Notes under the pieces: generated by a model | The model's database searches: none | Told to the model about the DNA's origin: nothing | The model's input: only the letters and a program-made list of their open reading frames with translations | Part shown: positions 29,844-40,946 of the stretch, piece after piece | How the letters are laid out: each line of letters starts with the position of its first letter | Position numbering within the stretch: position 1 is the first letter of the stretch | Made by a program: the position numbers and the translations under genes | Assembly: GCA_046331705.1 (NCBI GenBank) | Contig: JAXLQJ010000002.1 | Span: 142,370 to 206,369 of the forward strand | DNA from: a bacterium | GTDB taxonomy: Bacteria > JADJOY01 | DNA: 64,000 nt | Reading direction: 5' to 3'

Positions 29844-31640
29844 ATGAGCAGCCTCGTCGTCCATCTCGATCCCAGTCGCCCCAGCGATTCGCCCGGACTC
29901 GTGCCCGCGCTTCCGGATCCCGCCGAAGGTGGCGCGACCCGCCCGCTCGGCCAGATCCTGCTCGAGCACGGGCTCATCGATGCCGCCGGGCTCATGGCCG
30001 GGTTGCAGCGCAAGGCCTCGAGCTTCGGCCGCCTCGGCGAGAACCTGGTCGAGCTGGGATTGATCACCGAGGAGGCGGTGCTCGAATGCCTCGCCGAGCA
30101 GCTCCCCGCCGCCGCCGGCGGCGAGGCGCAGTCGGACAAGCCCAAGGCGAGCGCCCTGCTCGACGTCGACATCTCGGCGGAAGCGCGCGCCGCGGTCCCG
30201 ATCGCGCTGCTCCTCAAGCACCGCGCCATGCCGCTCTTGCTCAACGCGGAGAAGAAGGAGCTCACGCTCGCCATGGCCGACGTGCACGACCACCCGGCGA
30301 TCAAGGAGCTCGAGTTCGCCACCACCCGCCGGATCCGAGCCGTGGCCGCGGACTACGGGATCATCCTCGCGCTCTGGGAGAAGCACTACGGTCTGTCGCG
30401 CGAGGAGATCCGCAAACGGCACCTGAGCTTCGTCCGCGACCTCAAGTTCCCCATCAACGCGATGATGAACGAGCAGTCGGTGGCGAAGCTGGTGGAGAAC
30501 CTGCTCACCAAGGCCGTCGCCGTGGGCGCCACCGACATCCACTTCGACCATTTCGAGGACGAGGTGGTGGTGCGCTTCCGCCTCGACGGCCTGCTCTACA
30601 CCGTGCTGAGCCTGCCCACCGACGTCTACCCGCGCGTTCTCTCGCGCATCAAGATCCTCGCCAACCTCGACATCGCCGAGCACCGGCTCACGCAGGACGG
30701 GCACATCACCATCACCGGGCTCAAGGATCAGCCCATCGAGCTACGGGTCGCGGTCTTCCCCGTGTACGGCGGCGAGCGGGTCGCGATTCGCGTCCAGGAT
30801 CACTGCCGCTTCGATTTCTCGCTCGACCACCTGGGGATCCTCCGCGACGATCAGACTCGCTTCCGCCGCGAGCTGAGCCGCCCCAACGGGCTGGCGCTCT
30901 TCACCGGCCCGATGGGCTCGGGCAAGACCACGACGCTCTACTCGGTGCTTCACGAGAGCCGCGACGCGAGCCGCAACGTGATGACCATCGAGGATCCCAT
31001 CGAGTTCAAGTTCAAGTGGATCGCCCAATCGCAGGTCTCCGAGAAGACCGGCTTCACCTTCGCGTCGGCGCTGCGCGCGATGCTGCGCCAGGACGCCAAC
31101 GTGATGATGGTGGGCGAGATCCGCGACGAGGAGACCGCCGAGATCGCCGTGCGCGCCGCGCTCACGGGCCATCTGGTGATCGCGACCGTGCACACCAACG
31201 ACGCCGTCACGGCCATCGCGCGCCTTCGCGACATGGGCATCAAGCCCTTCTTGATCGCCTCGGGGCTCAACCTGGCGGTGGCACAGCGCCTGGTGCGCAA
31301 GGTCTGCCCGCGTTGCCGCGTCCCCGACCAGCCCAATCCCCGCACGCTGCTCCGGCTCGGCTTCACCCCGAGCGAGATCGAGAAGGCCACCTTCGTCCGC
31401 GGGACCGGCTGCACGTCGTGCAACTTCACCGGCTATCACGGGCGCGTCGGCATCTTCGAGGTGCTCACCGTCTCCGAGAAGCTGCGCGAGATGATCGCCA
31501 ACGGCGCCACCACCGCCGAGCTTCGCAAGCGCGCGCGCAAGGACGGCATGGTGCCGCTCGGCATCGCGGGCCTCGAGCAAGCCCGCGCCGGCGTGACGAC
31601 CGTCGAGGAAGTGATCCGTCACACGGCGCTCGGGGAGTAG
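29844..31640 (+). CDS. GspE/PilB family secretion ATPase with N-terminal MshEN domain
   Basis: Tandem MshEN motifs, Walker A GPMGSGKT, TIEDPIE, GEIRD, tetra-Cys (CPRC...CTSC). Confidence 0.93.
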   Translation: MSSLVVHLDPSRPSDSPGLVPALPDPAEGGATRPLGQILLEHGLIDAAGLMAGLQRKASSFGRLGENLVELGLITEEAVLECLAEQLPAAAGGEAQSDKPKASALLDVDISAEARAAVPIALLLKHRAMPLLLNAEKKELTLAMADVHDHPAIKELEFATTRRIRAVAADYGIILALWEKHYGLSREEIRKRHLSFVRDLKFPINAMMNEQSVAKLVENLLTKAVAVGATDIHFDHFEDEVVVRFRLDGLLYTVLSLPTDVYPRVLSRIKILANLDIAEHRLTQDGHITITGLKDQPIELRVAVFPVYGGERVAIRVQDHCRFDFSLDHLGILRDDQTRFRRELSRPNGLALFTGPMGSGKTTTLYSVLHESRDASRNVMTIEDPIEFKFKWIAQSQVSEKTGFTFASALRAMLRQDANVMMVGEIRDEETAEIAVRAALTGHLVIATVHTNDAVTAIARLRDMGIKPFLIASGLNLAVAQRLVRKVCPRCRVPDQPNPRTLLRLGFTPSEIEKATFVRGTGCTSCNFTGYHGRVGIFEVLTVSEKLREMIANGATTAELRKRARKDGMVPLGIAGLEQARAGVTTVEEVIRHTALGE

Positions 31641-31641
31641 C

Positions 31642-32772
31642 TTGAGCGCGCGACTGCCGGGACAAGGCGGTACGGTTCGTTTCGAGGGGATCCACGCCGG
31701 GGCGCCACCGACGCCCCGGCCGCGCGGTGCCGCGCTGCGGGCGATCGGCGTGCGTGCCGCCCAGGTCGCCGCGACGATCCTCTGCATGCTGGCGCTCGTG
31801 GAGGTCGGGTTGCGCGCGGCGCGCGTCGACGACCCGCACCCGCCCGACGTCGACCCGAAGCTCGTGACGCTCTTCGAGGCCGCCTCCAACTCGCGGCTGG
31901 GCTGGCGCCTCGCGCCCGGAGCGCGGGTGGACCTGCCGTCCAACGTCTCGATCTCCATCAACGAGGCGGGCTACCGAGGCCCGTTCCACTCCCGCGAGAG
32001 CTCGACGGCGGTGAGGCGAGTGGCGGTGCTGGGCGACGAGCAGGCGTTCGGCCAGGACCTGCCCTACGAGTCCACGTTCGCGGGGATGCTCGAGCAAGAG
32101 CTGCGCGCCCGGGCGGGCGGACCGTGGCAGGTGCTGAGCTTCGCCGTCCCGGGTTACGACCTCGTGCGCGAGTCCGAGCTGTGGCGCGCCAAGGTGCGCG
32201 AGTACCGGCCCAACGTGGTGGTGCTCTGCTACGCGGCGGACGATCTCGTCCCCACCCGGACGTTGGCGCCGCGCGGCTGGTCCGATCGGCTGGCGCTGGT
32301 GCGCGGTCTGCGTCAGGCGCGGGCGCGGCGCGAGCTGCCCGATTGGAACGCGACGGGAACGGCGCTCGCGAGCAGCGTGGAGCGAGCGTTCTCGGCGGGC
32401 TCGCCGCTGTGGCGCGCGAACCGCGAGGCGCTGCTCGGCCTCGCCGGCGAGATCTGCCGGCAACAGTCGCGGCTGGTGATCGTGGTGATGCCGCTGCTCG
32501 TGGGCGTCGGCACGCGCGAGGAGCTCGAGCACACGCCCTTCGCGCGCTACTACGCGGCGCTGGGCACGCTCGCCGACGACGGCATCCCGGTGGTGGATCC
32601 GTTCGCGCCGCTGGTCGCCCTCGGAGGTCGTCCCGCGGCGCTCTCGGCCGACCCCGGCGGACGCCGTCAGAGCGCGCTCGCGAACCAGCGCATCGTCGCG
32701 GCGGTGATCGAGTCCGGAGCGCTCGAGCCCCAACAGGACCTCGTTCCCTGCCCCAACCGCGCCAGCGACTGA
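31642..32772 (+). CDS. SGNH/GDSL-like membrane-anchored protein, apparently catalytically degenerate
   Basis: TM anchor, INEAGYRG, VLGDEQAFG (Ser replaced), AVPGY; no C-terminal DxxH; start uncertain. Confidence 0.7.
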   Translation: MSARLPGQGGTVRFEGIHAGAPPTPRPRGAALRAIGVRAAQVAATILCMLALVEVGLRAARVDDPHPPDVDPKLVTLFEAASNSRLGWRLAPGARVDLPSNVSISINEAGYRGPFHSRESSTAVRRVAVLGDEQAFGQDLPYESTFAGMLEQELRARAGGPWQVLSFAVPGYDLVRESELWRAKVREYRPNVVVLCYAADDLVPTRTLAPRGWSDRLALVRGLRQARARRELPDWNATGTALASSVERAFSAGSPLWRANREALLGLAGEICRQQSRLVIVVMPLLVGVGTREELEHTPFARYYAALGTLADDGIPVVDPFAPLVALGGRPAALSADPGGRRQSALANQRIVAAVIESGALEPQQDLVPCPNRASD

Positions 32773-32941
32773 GCGCGCGACGCCGCTGCCCCGCGGCGGT
32801 CGCGCGAGCGGCCCCTCGACGCCCGTCGCCGCACGCATCCGCGAGTTGACTTACCGGGCGCTTTGGGCCACTTCGTGGCTCGCAAGTGAAACACGTTCTA
32901 CTCACCGTCGGTTGGTCGTGGATCGACGTGGGAGGTGCCGC

Positions 32942-33934
32942 GTGAAGCTCGGCTTGATGCTCGGTTACTGGCAGTCTGGCCCCGAGGACCCGATCGATCT
33001 CGTGCGCCACGCCGAGGACGTCGGCTACGACTCGGTGTGGACCGCCGAGGCCTACGGTTCCGACTGCTTCTCGCCGCTTTGCTGGATCGGCGCGCGCACC
33101 ACCAGGATCAAGCTCGGCACCGGGATCATGCACATCTCGGCGCGCACGCCGGCGTGCGTCGCCATGACCGCAGCCACCATCGATCACCTCTCGGGCGGCC
33201 GCCTCATCCTCGGTGTCGGCGTCTCCGGCCCGCAGGTGGTGGAGGGCTGGTACGGTCAACCGTTTCCGAAGCCGATCGGCCGCACCCGCGAGTTCGTGTC
33301 GCTGGTTCGCCAGATCCTGCGCCGCGAGGCGCCCGTCACGTTCAAGGGCGAGCACTATCAGCTCCCGCTCGAGGGAGGTTCCGGGCTCGGCAAGCCGCTC
33401 AAGCTGATCGTCCACCCGCTCCGGCGCGAGATCCCGATCTACATCGGCGCCGAAGGGCCGAAGAACGTGGAGATGGCCTGCGAGGTCGGCGACGGCTGGC
33501 TGCCGGTCTTCTACTCGCCGTATCGAAAGATCTATCCGGACGTGATGGCCAAGCTGCGTCCGGGCTTCGACATCGCCTGCCCGGTGACGGTGGTGATGAA
33601 GGACGACCTCGAGGAAGCGCTCACCTACATGAAGTGGTACCTGGCGTTCTACCTGGGCGGCATGGGAGCCAAGAGCCAGAACTTCCACCTCAACTGGGTC
33701 GGGCGGCTCGGCTTCGCGGAGGCCGGCGAGAAGGTGCAGGAGCTCTTCCTCGCGGGAAAGCGCGAGGAAGCCGTCGCGGCGGTGCCCAACGAGCTCGCCG
33801 ACGAGATTGCGCTGCTGGGACCCGCCGACCGGATTCGCGACCGGCTGCAGGCGTGGCGCGAGAGCCCCGTCACCACGATGCTGGTGGGCACGCGCGACCC
33901 CGAGGCGTTGCGCGTGATCGCCGAAGCGATGTGA
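32942..33934 (+). CDS. LLM-class (F420-dependent-type) oxidoreductase
   Basis: GYDSVWTAEAYG, LSGGRLILGVGVSGPQVVEGW, GAEGPKN, DGWLP; GGAGGT RBS. Confidence 0.9.
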   Translation: MKLGLMLGYWQSGPEDPIDLVRHAEDVGYDSVWTAEAYGSDCFSPLCWIGARTTRIKLGTGIMHISARTPACVAMTAATIDHLSGGRLILGVGVSGPQVVEGWYGQPFPKPIGRTREFVSLVRQILRREAPVTFKGEHYQLPLEGGSGLGKPLKLIVHPLRREIPIYIGAEGPKNVEMACEVGDGWLPVFYSPYRKIYPDVMAKLRPGFDIACPVTVVMKDDLEEALTYMKWYLAFYLGGMGAKSQNFHLNWVGRLGFAEAGEKVQELFLAGKREEAVAAVPNELADEIALLGPADRIRDRLQAWRESPVTTMLVGTRDPEALRVIAEAM

Positions 33935-33994
33935 AACGCGGCGCGCGCGGCGCCGGCGCGCGCGATCGGCGGCCGACTCGACCACCGCTCGCCG

Positions 33995-34861
33995 TCAGAA
34001 GCCGTTGGTGTAGAGGAATCGGGCGATTCGCTCGTAGAAGGCCAGGTGGTCGAACTCGGTCGCACCGGGCGGCTGACCGACCTCGTCGAAGTGATCGGCG
34101 TCGAGCGTTCCCAGGTACGTCCCCCATTGCGCGGACGACACGCCGATCATGCCGTCGTTCGTCCCCTGATACTCGAGCGTCTTCGCGTACGAGTACACGA
34201 GCTTCCAGTTGAGGATGTAGAGCCCGTTCCCGCCGTACGAGTAGTAGGCCACGCCCGGCATGTCGGGAGTCGTCGGATTGAACGTCTCCTCGACGTATTC
34301 GGTGGTGGTCTCGATGACCGCGTCCCAGTCGAGCCCCCAGAAGTTCAGGATCCAGTCGATGATCTCCTGGGTGGCGCCCGGGATGTTGCCGACGCCCATG
34401 TCCGACATGACGCAGCCGTGGTGCGGCGTGGCGATGGTCGTGAGCGAGGCCACGTGATCGGCCATGCCCAGATGCGTGATCATGTGACGCGCGTCGAGGC
34501 CACCCATGCTGTGGGCGACGAGGTTCACCTTGCCGGTCGGGAACTCGGCGAGGATGGCGTCCTTGAGCTGCTGCGCGCGCACGTCGATGCCGTTCACCGG
34601 TGAGACCGCCGGCGCGAACACCGTGTAGCCGAGGGATTCGAGGTGCTCCTCGACGCCGTAGAAATACGTGTAGCCGCCGATGTCGCTCCATCCCGCGAAG
34701 CCGTGGGCGAGCACGATGGGGTAGCGGGTGGGAATGTCGACGTGCGTGCAGGTGTCTCCCATGGACACGAGCGCGATCCCCGCGAGGGCGAATGCCGACG
34801 CGATCCGGCGCGCGAAGCTCGGCCGTTGCTTCGATCGCCCGTGGAAGAGCGTGGATCCCAT
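33995..34861 (-). CDS. Triacylglycerol lipase (alpha/beta hydrolase)
   Basis: PIVLAHG, AHSMGG, TIATPHHG, NDGMI, ADH; start uncertain. Confidence 0.9.
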   Translation of the reverse strand: MGSTLFHGRSKQRPSFARRIASAFALAGIALVSMGDTCTHVDIPTRYPIVLAHGFAGWSDIGGYTYFYGVEEHLESLGYTVFAPAVSPVNGIDVRAQQLKDAILAEFPTGKVNLVAHSMGGLDARHMITHLGMADHVASLTTIATPHHGCVMSDMGVGNIPGATQEIIDWILNFWGLDWDAVIETTTEYVEETFNPTTPDMPGVAYYSYGGNGLYILNWKLVYSYAKTLEYQGTNDGMIGVSSAQWGTYLGTLDADHFDEVGQPPGATEFDHLAFYERIARFLYTNGF

Positions 34862-34949
34862 GACCGCCCGCGCAGCGACGGCGCGTCCCATCGGCGCCAC
34901 GTCCGGATGCTAGCGCAAGCCCGCGACCCGCGCATGGCTGGCACCAACG

Positions 34950-35500
34950 CGAGCGAAGCGAGGCGACTTGGGGGTGGGGATCCGACCCAGAGATCGTCTG
35001 GGCCGTCGAGGGACCGACGGCCCTCCAATCGAGCGACGAGCGCCCCGGTCTCCACGCGCGCCGTCCATCTCTCCGCGAGCCGGCAGGCGAGCCGACGAGC
35101 GAAGCGAGGCGACTTGGGGAATTAGGACGACGCGGCTTCGCCGCGACGGCGAAAACGAAGAGCCCCGGCGAAGCCGGCAAGCACCCGGCAAGCGCCCCGG
35201 TCTCCACGCGCGCCATCATCTCTCCGCGAGCCGGCAGGCGAGCATGACAACGAAGCGAGGCGGCTTAAAGTGAGACCCGACGGCCTTCGCCACCCCGGCG
35301 GGCGAAGGCGAAAAGCCCCCGCTGACCGACGAACTCCGGCCGAGCGCCCCGGTCTCCACGCGCGCCGTCCATCTCTCCGCGAGCCGGCAGGCGAGCCGAC
35401 GAGCGAAGCGAGGCGACTTGGGGGTGGGACCCGACGCGGCTTCGCCGCGGCGAGCTGAGAGCGAAAAAGCCCCGCAGCAACATCGCTACCCCGGGCAAGC
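34950..35500. repeat. Tandem array of ~152-bp structured intergenic repeats (three full cores plus partial)
   Basis: ~80-bp core AGCGCCCCGGTCTCCACGCGCGCC...GCGAGCCGGCAGGCGAGC...CGAAGCGAGGCGACTT starts at 35039, 35191 and 35343; partial 3' copy at 34951. Confidence 0.92.
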
Positions 35501-35558
35501 GCTTCGCGCGCTTGCTTCGAGGGTAGCGGCGCTCTCGACTGGGACGCGGGTGAACGCC

Positions 35559-36425
35559 ATGGAAACGATGCACGGCAAAGTCTGTCTCGTCACCGGCGCC
35601 AACGCAGGCATCGGCCGCGAGACCGCCATCGGCCTCGCCAAGCTGGGCGCCCACGTCGTCATGGTGTGCCGCGACCGGACCAAGGGCGAGCTTGCGCGCG
35701 AGGACGTGCTGCAGCTCGGCGGCAAGGGCAACGTCGAGCTGATCGTCGCGGACCTGTCCTCGCAGGCCGCGGTGCGCGGCGCCGCCGCCGAGTTCCTGCG
35801 CCACCACGACCGTCTCGACGTGCTCGTCAACAACGCCGGCGCCTACCTCAAGCGTCGCCAGCTCACGGTGGACGGTCTCGAGATGCAGCTCGCGGTGAAT
35901 CACCTGGCGCCGTTCCTGCTCACGACGCTGCTGCGCGGCGCGCTCGAGAAGAGCGCGCCGGCGCGGGTGGTGAACGTCGCGTCCGAGGGCCATCGCTTCG
36001 CTTGGCTGCGCTTCGACAACTTGCAGGGCGAGCGCCTCTGGAACGGGTGGCTGCAGTACTGCAACACCAAGCTCATGAACGTGCTCTTCACCCGCGAGCT
36101 GGCACGCAAGCTCGCGGGCACCGGGGTCACGGCGAACTGCCTGCACCCGGGAGTCGTGCGTTCGAACTTCGCGCGGAACGACGTTCCGGGCTGGGCGATG
36201 GACGTCGCCGGCTTCTTCATGATCCCGCCGACGGAAGGCGCGCGCACCTCGGTCTTCCTGGCCTCGGCTCCCGAAGGCGAGAAGAACACCGGTCTCTACT
36301 GGGTGCGACGCAAGAGAGCCGCGCCGTCGGGCAAGGCGCTCGACGACGAGCTCGCGCGCAGCCTGTGGAGCGTGAGCGCGGTGCTGGTCGGGCTCGAGGG
36401 AACGCGCAAGGTCGTGACGCGATGA
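35559..36425 (+). CDS. SDR family oxidoreductase (retinol dehydrogenase-like)
   Basis: TGANAGIG, LVNNAG, YCNTK, HPGVV. Confidence 0.93.
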   Translation: METMHGKVCLVTGANAGIGRETAIGLAKLGAHVVMVCRDRTKGELAREDVLQLGGKGNVELIVADLSSQAAVRGAAAEFLRHHDRLDVLVNNAGAYLKRRQLTVDGLEMQLAVNHLAPFLLTTLLRGALEKSAPARVVNVASEGHRFAWLRFDNLQGERLWNGWLQYCNTKLMNVLFTRELARKLAGTGVTANCLHPGVVRSNFARNDVPGWAMDVAGFFMIPPTEGARTSVFLASAPEGEKNTGLYWVRRKRAAPSGKALDDELARSLWSVSAVLVGLEGTRKVVTR

Positions 36426-37171
36426 GCGGCGAAGGCGAGTCCCAGAAGGGCACGCCCGCGAGCGAGCGCGACTGGAGCATCCACCCGCACGGCGCGATCC
36501 GCGCGCTCGAGTCGAATCTGTGGATGGTGGGCGGCGAGATCCCCGGCATGCCCATCCCGCTGAGGCGAACGATGACGGTGGTGCGCCTCTCCGACGGACG
36601 GCTGGTGCTGCACAGCGTGATCGCGCTCGCGCCCACGGCGATGGCGCAGCTCGAAGCGTGGGGCGAGCCTGCGTTCGTGGTGGTGCCGAACCGCTGCCAC
36701 CGCATCGACGCGCCCGCGTACAAGAAGCGCTACCCCCACGCGAAGGTGGTGTGCCCGCCGAAGGCACGCATTCACGTCGAGCGACGCGTGGCCGTGGACG
36801 GCGGCTACGAGCTGCTGCCGCGTGACCCGGCGCTCGAGGCGGCGTTGCTCGAAGGCAGCCAGGAAGGCGTGCTGATCGCGAAGAGCGGGCCCGAGCACAC
36901 GCGCGCCACCCTCGTCTTCAACGACCTGTTCTTCAACCAGGCGCCGCTCGGCGGCCTCGCCGGACGCGTCTACGGCCTGCTGGGCTCCACCGGAGGCCCG
37001 AAGGTCCCGCCGGTGGCGCGCTGGTTCCTGGTCGACGATCGCAAGGCGCTGCGCGCGCACCTCGAGAGCTTGGCTCGGCGCGAGGACCTGGCGCGGATCA
37101 TCCCGGGTCACGGCGAGCCCATCGAGGTCTGGCCCGGGAAGGCGCTCGCGCGGGCCGCGAGCGCGCTGTGA
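36422..37171 (+). CDS. DUF4336 / metallo-beta-lactamase-fold protein
   Basis: MTVVRLSDG.L.LHS, PNRCH, IIPGHG. Confidence 0.75.
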   Translation: MSGEGESQKGTPASERDWSIHPHGAIRALESNLWMVGGEIPGMPIPLRRTMTVVRLSDGRLVLHSVIALAPTAMAQLEAWGEPAFVVVPNRCHRIDAPAYKKRYPHAKVVCPPKARIHVERRVAVDGGYELLPRDPALEAALLEGSQEGVLIAKSGPEHTRATLVFNDLFFNQAPLGGLAGRVYGLLGSTGGPKVPPVARWFLVDDRKALRAHLESLARREDLARIIPGHGEPIEVWPGKALARAASAL

Positions 37172-37202
37172 GCGAGCATCCGCGCGGGAGTCGCCTCGCG
37201 AC

Positions 37203-38189
37203 ATGAGCTGGCTTCGCGACGTGAAGCGGCGCGCCGCGGCGGCGCAAGCGCTGGTGCTCGTGGCCGTCATCGGCGCGGGCGCGCTGCTCGCGCACCAGGC
37301 GCACGTGAACCTCGCGCAGCGCGGCATCGCCACCGGCTTCGGCTTCCTGTCGCGGGAGGCGTCCTTCGACATCGGCGAAAGCCCGATTCGTTACGACCCC
37401 AGCGACTCGTACGCGCGCGCGCTCGCCGTCGGGCTCGCCAACACCGCGAAGGCGGCGGCGATCGGCCTGATCGGCGCGACCGTGCTCGGCGTGGCCGTGG
37501 GGCTGGCTCGACTGTCGCGCAACGCGCTCGCGGCGCGGCTCGCGAGCGCGTGGGTGGAGACGCTGCGCAACGTGCCGCTCTTGCTCCAGCTCTTCGTGTG
37601 GTACGGCGCGATCACCGAGCTGCTGCCCGGGCCGCGCGCGGCGCTGACGCCGCTCTCGGGCGTTTACCTCTGCAATCGAGGCGTCTTCTTTCCGCTGCCC
37701 ACGTGGGATGCGAGCGGCGGGCTCGCGCTCGCGCGCCCCGCGCTGACGGGCTTCAACTTCGAGGGCGGCGCCAGCATCTCGCCCGAGCTCGTGGCGCTCA
37801 TCCTGGGGTTGGTCACGTACACGTCCGCGTTCATCGCGGAGATCGTGCGGGCGGGTGTGCTGGCCGTGCCGCGCGGGCAGATCGAGGCCGCGCGGGCGCT
37901 CGGCCTCGCGCGCGGCACCACGCTGCGGCGGGTGGTCCTTCCGCAGGCGCTCAGGCTCATCGTGCCGCCGCTCACGAGCCAGTACCTGAACCTGGTCAAG
38001 AACAGCTCGCTGGGCGTGGCGGTCGGTTACCCGGAGCTGGTCTCGATCGCCAACACCACCATCAATCAGACCGGGCAGGCGGTCGAGGGCATCGCCATCG
38101 TGATGGCGACGTATCTCGCGGTGAGCCTGGCGCTCTCCGCTCTCGCCAACGGCTGGGAACGCTCGCGGCCCTGGGTGGTGGCGCGATGA
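37203..38189 (+). CDS. aapQ: General L-amino acid ABC transporter permease (AapQ-like)
   Basis: [22 protein letters not shown] loop, KNSSL. Confidence 0.85.
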   Translation: MSWLRDVKRRAAAAQALVLVAVIGAGALLAHQAHVNLAQRGIATGFGFLSREASFDIGESPIRYDPSDSYARALAVGLANTAKAAAIGLIGATVLGVAVGLARLSRNALAARLASAWVETLRNVPLLLQLFVWYGAITELLPGPRAALTPLSGVYLCNRGVFFPLPTWDASGGLALARPALTGFNFEGGASISPELVALILGLVTYTSAFIAEIVRAGVLAVPRGQIEAARALGLARGTTLRRVVLPQALRLIVPPLTSQYLNLVKNSSLGVAVGYPELVSIANTTINQTGQAVEGIAIVMATYLAVSLALSALANGWERSRPWVVAR

Positions 38190-39240
38190 ACGTCCCGGCG
38201 AGCGATCCGCTCCCGGCCACCCGCCGCCTTGCGCGGCGGCGCTGGGGCGACCTCGCGCTCACGGCGCTGCTCGCGACATGGCTCGGCTGGCTCGCCTACC
38301 GCCTGGTGCGCTGGGGCGTTCTCGACGCGACGTGGACGGCGGACGACATCACGGGTTGCCAGGCCCGCGACGGAGCCTGCTGGGCATTCGTGCGCGACAA
38401 GGCCCGGCTCATCTTCTTCGGGCTCTATCCCTACGAGCAGCAATGGCGCGCCGCGCTCGCCACCGCACTCGTGATCGTGCTCTTCGCCGCCACCGCGATC
38501 CCGCGACTGCGCCGCCCGGCGCTCGCCTACGCATGGCTCGCGAGCGCGGCGCTCGCGACCGCGCTGCTGCGCGGCGGGTTCGCGGGCCTCGCACCGGTCG
38601 AGACCGATCGCTGGGGCGGGCTGCCGCTCACCTTGCTGCTCGCGACCGTCGGCCTGGCGCTCGCGTTCCCGCTTGGCGTGATCCTCGCGCTGGCGCGGAC
38701 CTCCGAGCTACCGGTGCCGCGCGTGCTGGCGACGGCCTACGTCGAGCTGGTGCGCGGAGTGCCGCTGGTGACCGTGCTCTTCATGGCTTCGGTGATGGTG
38801 CCGCTCTTCCTGCCGCCGGGCTGGAACCTGGACAAGCTGGTGCGCGCGCAGATCGGCATCGTGCTCTTCGCCGCGGCCTATCTCGCGGAGGTCGTGCGCG
38901 GGGGGCTCAACACCGTGCCGCGCGGACAGCTCGAGGCGGCGCGCGCGATGGGCTTCGGCTACCTCGGCACGATGCGCTTCGTGGTGATGCCGCAGGCGCT
39001 GCGGGCCGTGGTGCCGCCGCTCGTCAACACCGCCATCGGGCTCTTCAAGGACACGTCGCTGGTGGTGGTGATCGGGCTGCTCGATCTCACCAACGCCGCC
39101 AAGTCGGCGATGAGCGACCCGCGCTGGCTCGGCGCGGTGCTGGAGGGCTACGTGGTCGTCGGCGCCGTCTACTTCGCGTTCTGCTTCGCGCTCTCGAAGC
39201 TGAGTCGGACCCTCGAGATCTCGCCGCGAGACGCCGCGTC

Positions 39241-39244
<4 letters not shown>
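38186..39244 (+). CDS. aapM: General L-amino acid ABC transporter permease (AapM-like)
   Basis: GACW, WGGLPLT, RGVPL, EAA loop, FKDTSL. Confidence 0.85.
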
Positions 39245-39984
<740 letters not shown>

Positions 39985-40085
39985 GCGCGTCGCTGCCGAG
40001 GTGTGGCGGGATTCGATGGTACGCTCGTGACGCTGCATCCACGGCGCGAGCCGCTCACGATCCCACGCCGCTTCTCGAATCGAAC

Positions 40086-40946
40086 GTGACCGCTCGCGTT
40101 CTCCGGCCCGAAGCAACCGCCAGCGAGGTCCAGGCCCCGCGTGTCGCGCGGCTGGATCGGGACGAAGCGCGCATCGACACGGTCTTCACCGTGATCACGC
40201 CCGAGGGCGTGCCTCTCGAGCTGCGCCTCGCCGGACCCGCCGCGCGGTCGATCGCGTACTTCGTCGACGGGATGATCCGCCTCGTGGTGCTGGTGGTGCT
40301 CATGATCCCGCTCGAGCTCCTGCGTGGCTACGGAGTCGGGATGCTGCTGGTGGTGATGTTCCTGCTCGAGTACTTCTACTTCGTCACCTGCGAGGTGCTG
40401 CTCGACGGACAATCGCCAGGCAAGCGCGTGTGCTCGCTGCGGGTGATCTCGGCGAACGGCACGCCGCTCTCGTGGCAGCAGAGCCTGCTGCGCAACCTGC
40501 TCCGGCCCGCCGATCAAATGCCGTTCGCCTACGGCGTGGGAGGCGTGCTCATGCTGGCGGGGCGCCACTTCCAGCGGCTCGGCGACGTCGCCGCGGGGAC
40601 CATCGTGATCCGCGAGGACACGACTCCCCCGCCGCCGCCCTTGCCGTATTCCCTCGACGAGCTCAAGCCGCTGCTCAAGTGGATTCCGAACGAGGTCAAG
40701 GCGCTGCGCGAGGTCCAGCAGGCCGTCGACCTCTACGTGCGGCGACGCGACCGGCTCACGCCGGCGTTGCGGCGGACGCTCGTCGAGCCGCTGGTCGCGC
40801 TGATCGCCGAGCGCTCGGGGTGGAAGCGCGACGCCGATCCGGATCTGCTGGTGGCGGCGCTGCACCATTCGATCTGGGGCGCGCCCGCAGCTGCCACGGA
40901 TGCGGCGGGCACCGCGAAGCGGCAGCGCGGCAGGCGGGAGCGATGA
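40086..40946 (+). CDS. RDD family membrane protein
   Basis: TPEGV, R..A..VD, GQSPGKR, QRLGD; start estimated. Confidence 0.88.
   Translation: MTARVLRPEATASEVQAPRVARLDRDEARIDTVFTVITPEGVPLELRLAGPAARSIAYFVDGMIRLVVLVVLMIPLELLRGYGVGMLLVVMFLLEYFYFVTCEVLLDGQSPGKRVCSLRVISANGTPLSWQQSLLRNLLRPADQMPFAYGVGGVLMLAGRHFQRLGDVAAGTIVIREDTTPPPPPLPYSLDELKPLLKWIPNEVKALREVQQAVDLYVRRRDRLTPALRRTLVEPLVALIAERSGWKRDADPDLLVAALHHSIWGAPAAATDAAGTAKRQRGRRER

Noticed and set aside
34950-35500. CRISPR array interpretation of the tandem repeats
   Set aside because: The core (~80 bp) and unit (152 bp) are too long, the linkers are diverged homologs rather than unique spacers, and no cas genes are present.
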